Positions 61,955 to 64,000 of a DNA stretch of 64,000 nt are shown here, in pieces. The stretch is from an uncultured delta proteobacterium (GTDB taxonomy: Bacteria; Desulfobacterota; Desulfuromonadia; Desulfuromonadales; JACZKF01). The number at the start of each line of letters is the position of its first letter. Position 1 is the stretch's first letter. The notes beneath the pieces were generated by a model. The model had not been told where the DNA came from, did no database searches, and worked only from the letters and a program-made list of their open reading frames with translations. The stretch covers positions 44,311 through 108,310 of the forward strand of contig CAWFKQ010000014.1 in the NCBI GenBank assembly GCA_963816395.1, read 5' to 3'. The position numbers were made by a program, and so were the translations under genes.

Positions 61955-63634
61955 CTACACGAATCCCTTATCGATCGGACGGATTTCCACCACTTCGCCG
62001 CCGAAGATTTCCCGTACCGCCTCGACCATCGGGTGGGCCAGGGCATCCTCACGCAGGCGCCGTTGACGGTCGCTTTCCTCTGCCTTGCGTTTTTGCAGCA
62101 GGGAGGGAGGAATAGCGGCGCTGCCTTCGGCGGTAACTATCCGGATTTGGACTGGTTGACCAAAATACCGTTCCGCCAGATCTCCGAGGGCAGCCTGGGT
62201 TTCCTGGTCCCGGATGTGCTCCAGGTGAAAGGAACCAGCCGAAAAACCGATCTCCAGGCGAGGCAGGTCGAGGGCGAGCAGGCTGCCGTGCTCGAGCAGG
62301 GAGGCGATCATCGGCCGGGAGCTCCGCACATGTTCGACCAGCCCTTGCCAGCTCCCCCGACCGGCGGCCTGGGCGGCCGGGGACTCAGGCTTTTTTGGCG
62401 GCGGCTCGTCTTTTCTGTCGCTACCAGGAACAGGCGCCGGCGGGGTTAGAGCTGGGGCTGGTCCGCTGCCGCCTGCCGGGCGACCGCCGGCCAACCGCCG
62501 CTCCAGGTCCTCCAGCTTCCGCACCAGGGTTGCGATGTCACGCGCCGGCGGCAGATGAGCCAGGCGTACCAGGGCCATCTCCACGGTCAGCCGGGGAAAG
62601 GAGGAGCCGGCCAAGTCAGCCTCAGTGCGCAACAGCAAGGTGAGGATGCGTTGCAGTTCCTCGAGGGTCGGGGGCGTGCTCAGAACCTGCAGCTCCTGCA
62701 CCTCGTCGGCTGTCGCCTCCAGCAGCTCACCGGGGTCGGGCAAAACCTTTACCAGGACCAGTGCCCGGAAAATCTCGGCCAGTTCCTGGGCGAACTGGCG
62801 AAAGGAATGCCCCAGGTCGTCGACCCGCCGCACTGCCTCCAGCACCCGCCGGCTGTCGTGCTGCAGCACCCCTTCGGCGGTGTCGAGCAGCAGCCGTCGA
62901 TCTACCATTCCCAGCAGCCCCTGCACATCCTCGTCGGCCACCGTCTCGCCGCAGAAGGCGATCACCTGATCGAGGGCGGAAAGGGCGTCGCGCATGCTCC
63001 CCTCCCCCCGCCGTGCCACCAGGGCCAGGGCGCGGTCGGTGATGCCGATCTCCTCCGCGTCGACGATCTGTCGCAGGCGGGCCGTGACCCGCGGCAGGGG
63101 TATCTTGCGGAAATCGAAGCGCTGGCAGCGGGAGAGGATAGTAATCGGGATCTTGTGCGGCTCGGTGGTGGCGAAGATGAACTTGGCGTGCGCCGGCGGC
63201 TCTTCCAGCGTCTTCAGCAGGGCGTTGAAGGCGTTAAGGGAAAGCATGTGAACTTCGTCGATGATGAAGATCTTGAACCGGGCGCGCGAGGGGAGATAGC
63301 GGATATTATCCCGCAGCTCGCGCACGTCGTCGACGCCGGTATTGGAGGCACCGTCGATCTCGAAGACGTCCACCCCCTGACCGGCGGTGATCTCCCGGCA
63401 GGAGGGGCACTGGCCGCAGGGGGTGGGACTCAATCCCTGCTCGCAATTGAGGGCTTTGGCAAGGATGCGGGCGGCGGATGTTTTACCGACACCGCGGGCG
63501 CCGGTGAATAGAAAGGCGTGGTGGACCCGGCCCGAAGTGATGGCGTTGGTCAGCGTTCGGCTGACGTGCTCTTGCCCGATCAGATCGGTAAAGTTCTGGG
63601 GTCGCCATTTGCGGGCGAGAACCAGATAGGACAT
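61955..63634 (-). CDS. dnaX: DNA polymerase III tau/gamma
   Basis: MSYLVLARKWRPQ, GARGVGKT, IDEVHML, SRC. Confidence 0.97.
   Translation of the reverse strand: MSYLVLARKWRPQNFTDLIGQEHVSRTLTNAITSGRVHHAFLFTGARGVGKTSAARILAKALNCEQGLSPTPCGQCPSCREITAGQGVDVFEIDGASNTGVDDVRELRDNIRYLPSRARFKIFIIDEVHMLSLNAFNALLKTLEEPPAHAKFIFATTEPHKIPITILSRCQRFDFRKIPLPRVTARLRQIVDAEEIGITDRALALVARRGEGSMRDALSALDQVIAFCGETVADEDVQGLLGMVDRRLLLDTAEGVLQHDSRRVLEAVRRVDDLGHSFRQFAQELAEIFRALVLVKVLPDPGELLEATADEVQELQVLSTPPTLEELQRILTLLLRTEADLAGSSFPRLTVEMALVRLAHLPPARDIATLVRKLEDLERRLAGGRPAGGSGPAPALTPPAPVPGSDRKDEPPPKKPESPAAQAAGRGSWQGLVEHVRSSRPMIASLLEHGSLLALDLPRLEIGFSAGSFHLEHIRDQETQAALGDLAERYFGQPVQIRIVTAEGSAAIPPSLLQKRKAEESDRQRRLREDALAHPMVEAVREIFGGEVVEIRPIDKGFV
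62354..62396 (-). promoter_or_regulatory. Putative programmed -1 frameshift signal in dnaX
   Basis: A AAA AAG slippery site, -1 frame GCC TGA, and a 10-bp GC stem 6 nt downstream. Confidence 0.7.
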
Positions 63635-63700
63635 GGTCGGCAGGATCTCCGCGGCAGGCTTGAGAAAAACAGCGGGAAACCGGTCTGGATTGCCGGCACA

Positions 63701-63808
63701 AGTGACAGCCAGGCGCCCCCGCGGCACACGGCTGAGGTCGCTGCCGCTGCTCCCTTCCGGGCCTGACGGGGTTCACGACCGTCCGTTGCGCGGGACCCGG
63801 CTGTCACT
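63701..63808 (-). ncRNA. ffs: Signal recognition particle 4.5S RNA
   Basis: GTCAGGCCCGGAAGGGAGCAGC domain IV; long terminal stem; upstream of dnaX. Confidence 0.95.
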
Positions 63809-63853
63809 TCTGACGGCAAAGGCTTCCGGTCAATGGCGCGGGGAAAAAGGAAT

Positions 63854-63941
63854 TGGCGGAGAGGGGGGGATTTGAACCCCCGGTACCTTTCGGTACACAC
63901 GATTTCCAGTCGTGCACCTTCGGCCGCTCGGTCACCTCTCC
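63854..63941 (-). tRNA. tRNA-Ser (GGA)
   Basis: GGAGAGG acceptor, CACGA-CTGGAAA-TCGTG anticodon arm, long variable arm, GGTTCAAATCC, encoded CCA. Confidence 0.96.
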
Positions 63942-64000
63942 GCAGGCTGGCAAGAATACACGATGGGGGGTGGTGTGTAAAGGGGTTTTTCGCCTGGGCG

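Noticed and set aside
63854..63941. tRNA-Ser as an integration site of a genomic island or prophage
   Set aside because: No integrase, phage genes or duplicated tRNA 3' end seen; downstream is the normal ffs-dnaX-ybaB-recR block

Overview
GC-rich chromosomal window from an anaerobic Desulfuromonas/Geobacter-type deltaproteobacterium (inferred from mglBA, the hdr-flx cluster, the short AOR, por, and the tRNA-Ser/ffs/dnaX/ybaB/recR block). Most of the window looks like one alcohol-oxidation supercluster. It contains (i) a mycofactocin operon: a 35-aa precursor mftA ending IDGICGVY that the ORF track misses, mftB, mftC, an OYE/TMADH-type flavoenzyme, EtfA, FixC, FixX, EtfB and mftF, with no mftD/E/G; (ii) a tungsten-type AOR preceded by a Moco/Tuco riboswitch-like leader and followed by MoaD/ThiF genes; (iii) an Mdo/Mno-like Fe-ADH followed by AAA+ and VWA genes; (iv) an ErcA-like ADH, sensor kinase and sigma54 activator; (v) a DUF4242/UreI-like/porin operon; (vi) two orphan radical SAM enzymes; and (vii) hdrCBA-flxDCBA. 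Five sigma54 promoters and a shared tandem 17-bp enhancer-like motif link these units. Also seen: an unidentified, highly structured ncRNA candidate with its own promoter, an E. coli-type -1 frameshift signal in dnaX, a 36-aa small ORF, a heptamer tandem repeat and REP-like elements. About 20 genes carry single-base frameshifts, most likely sequencing/assembly indels. All family assignments come from motif recognition and memory, not database searches.
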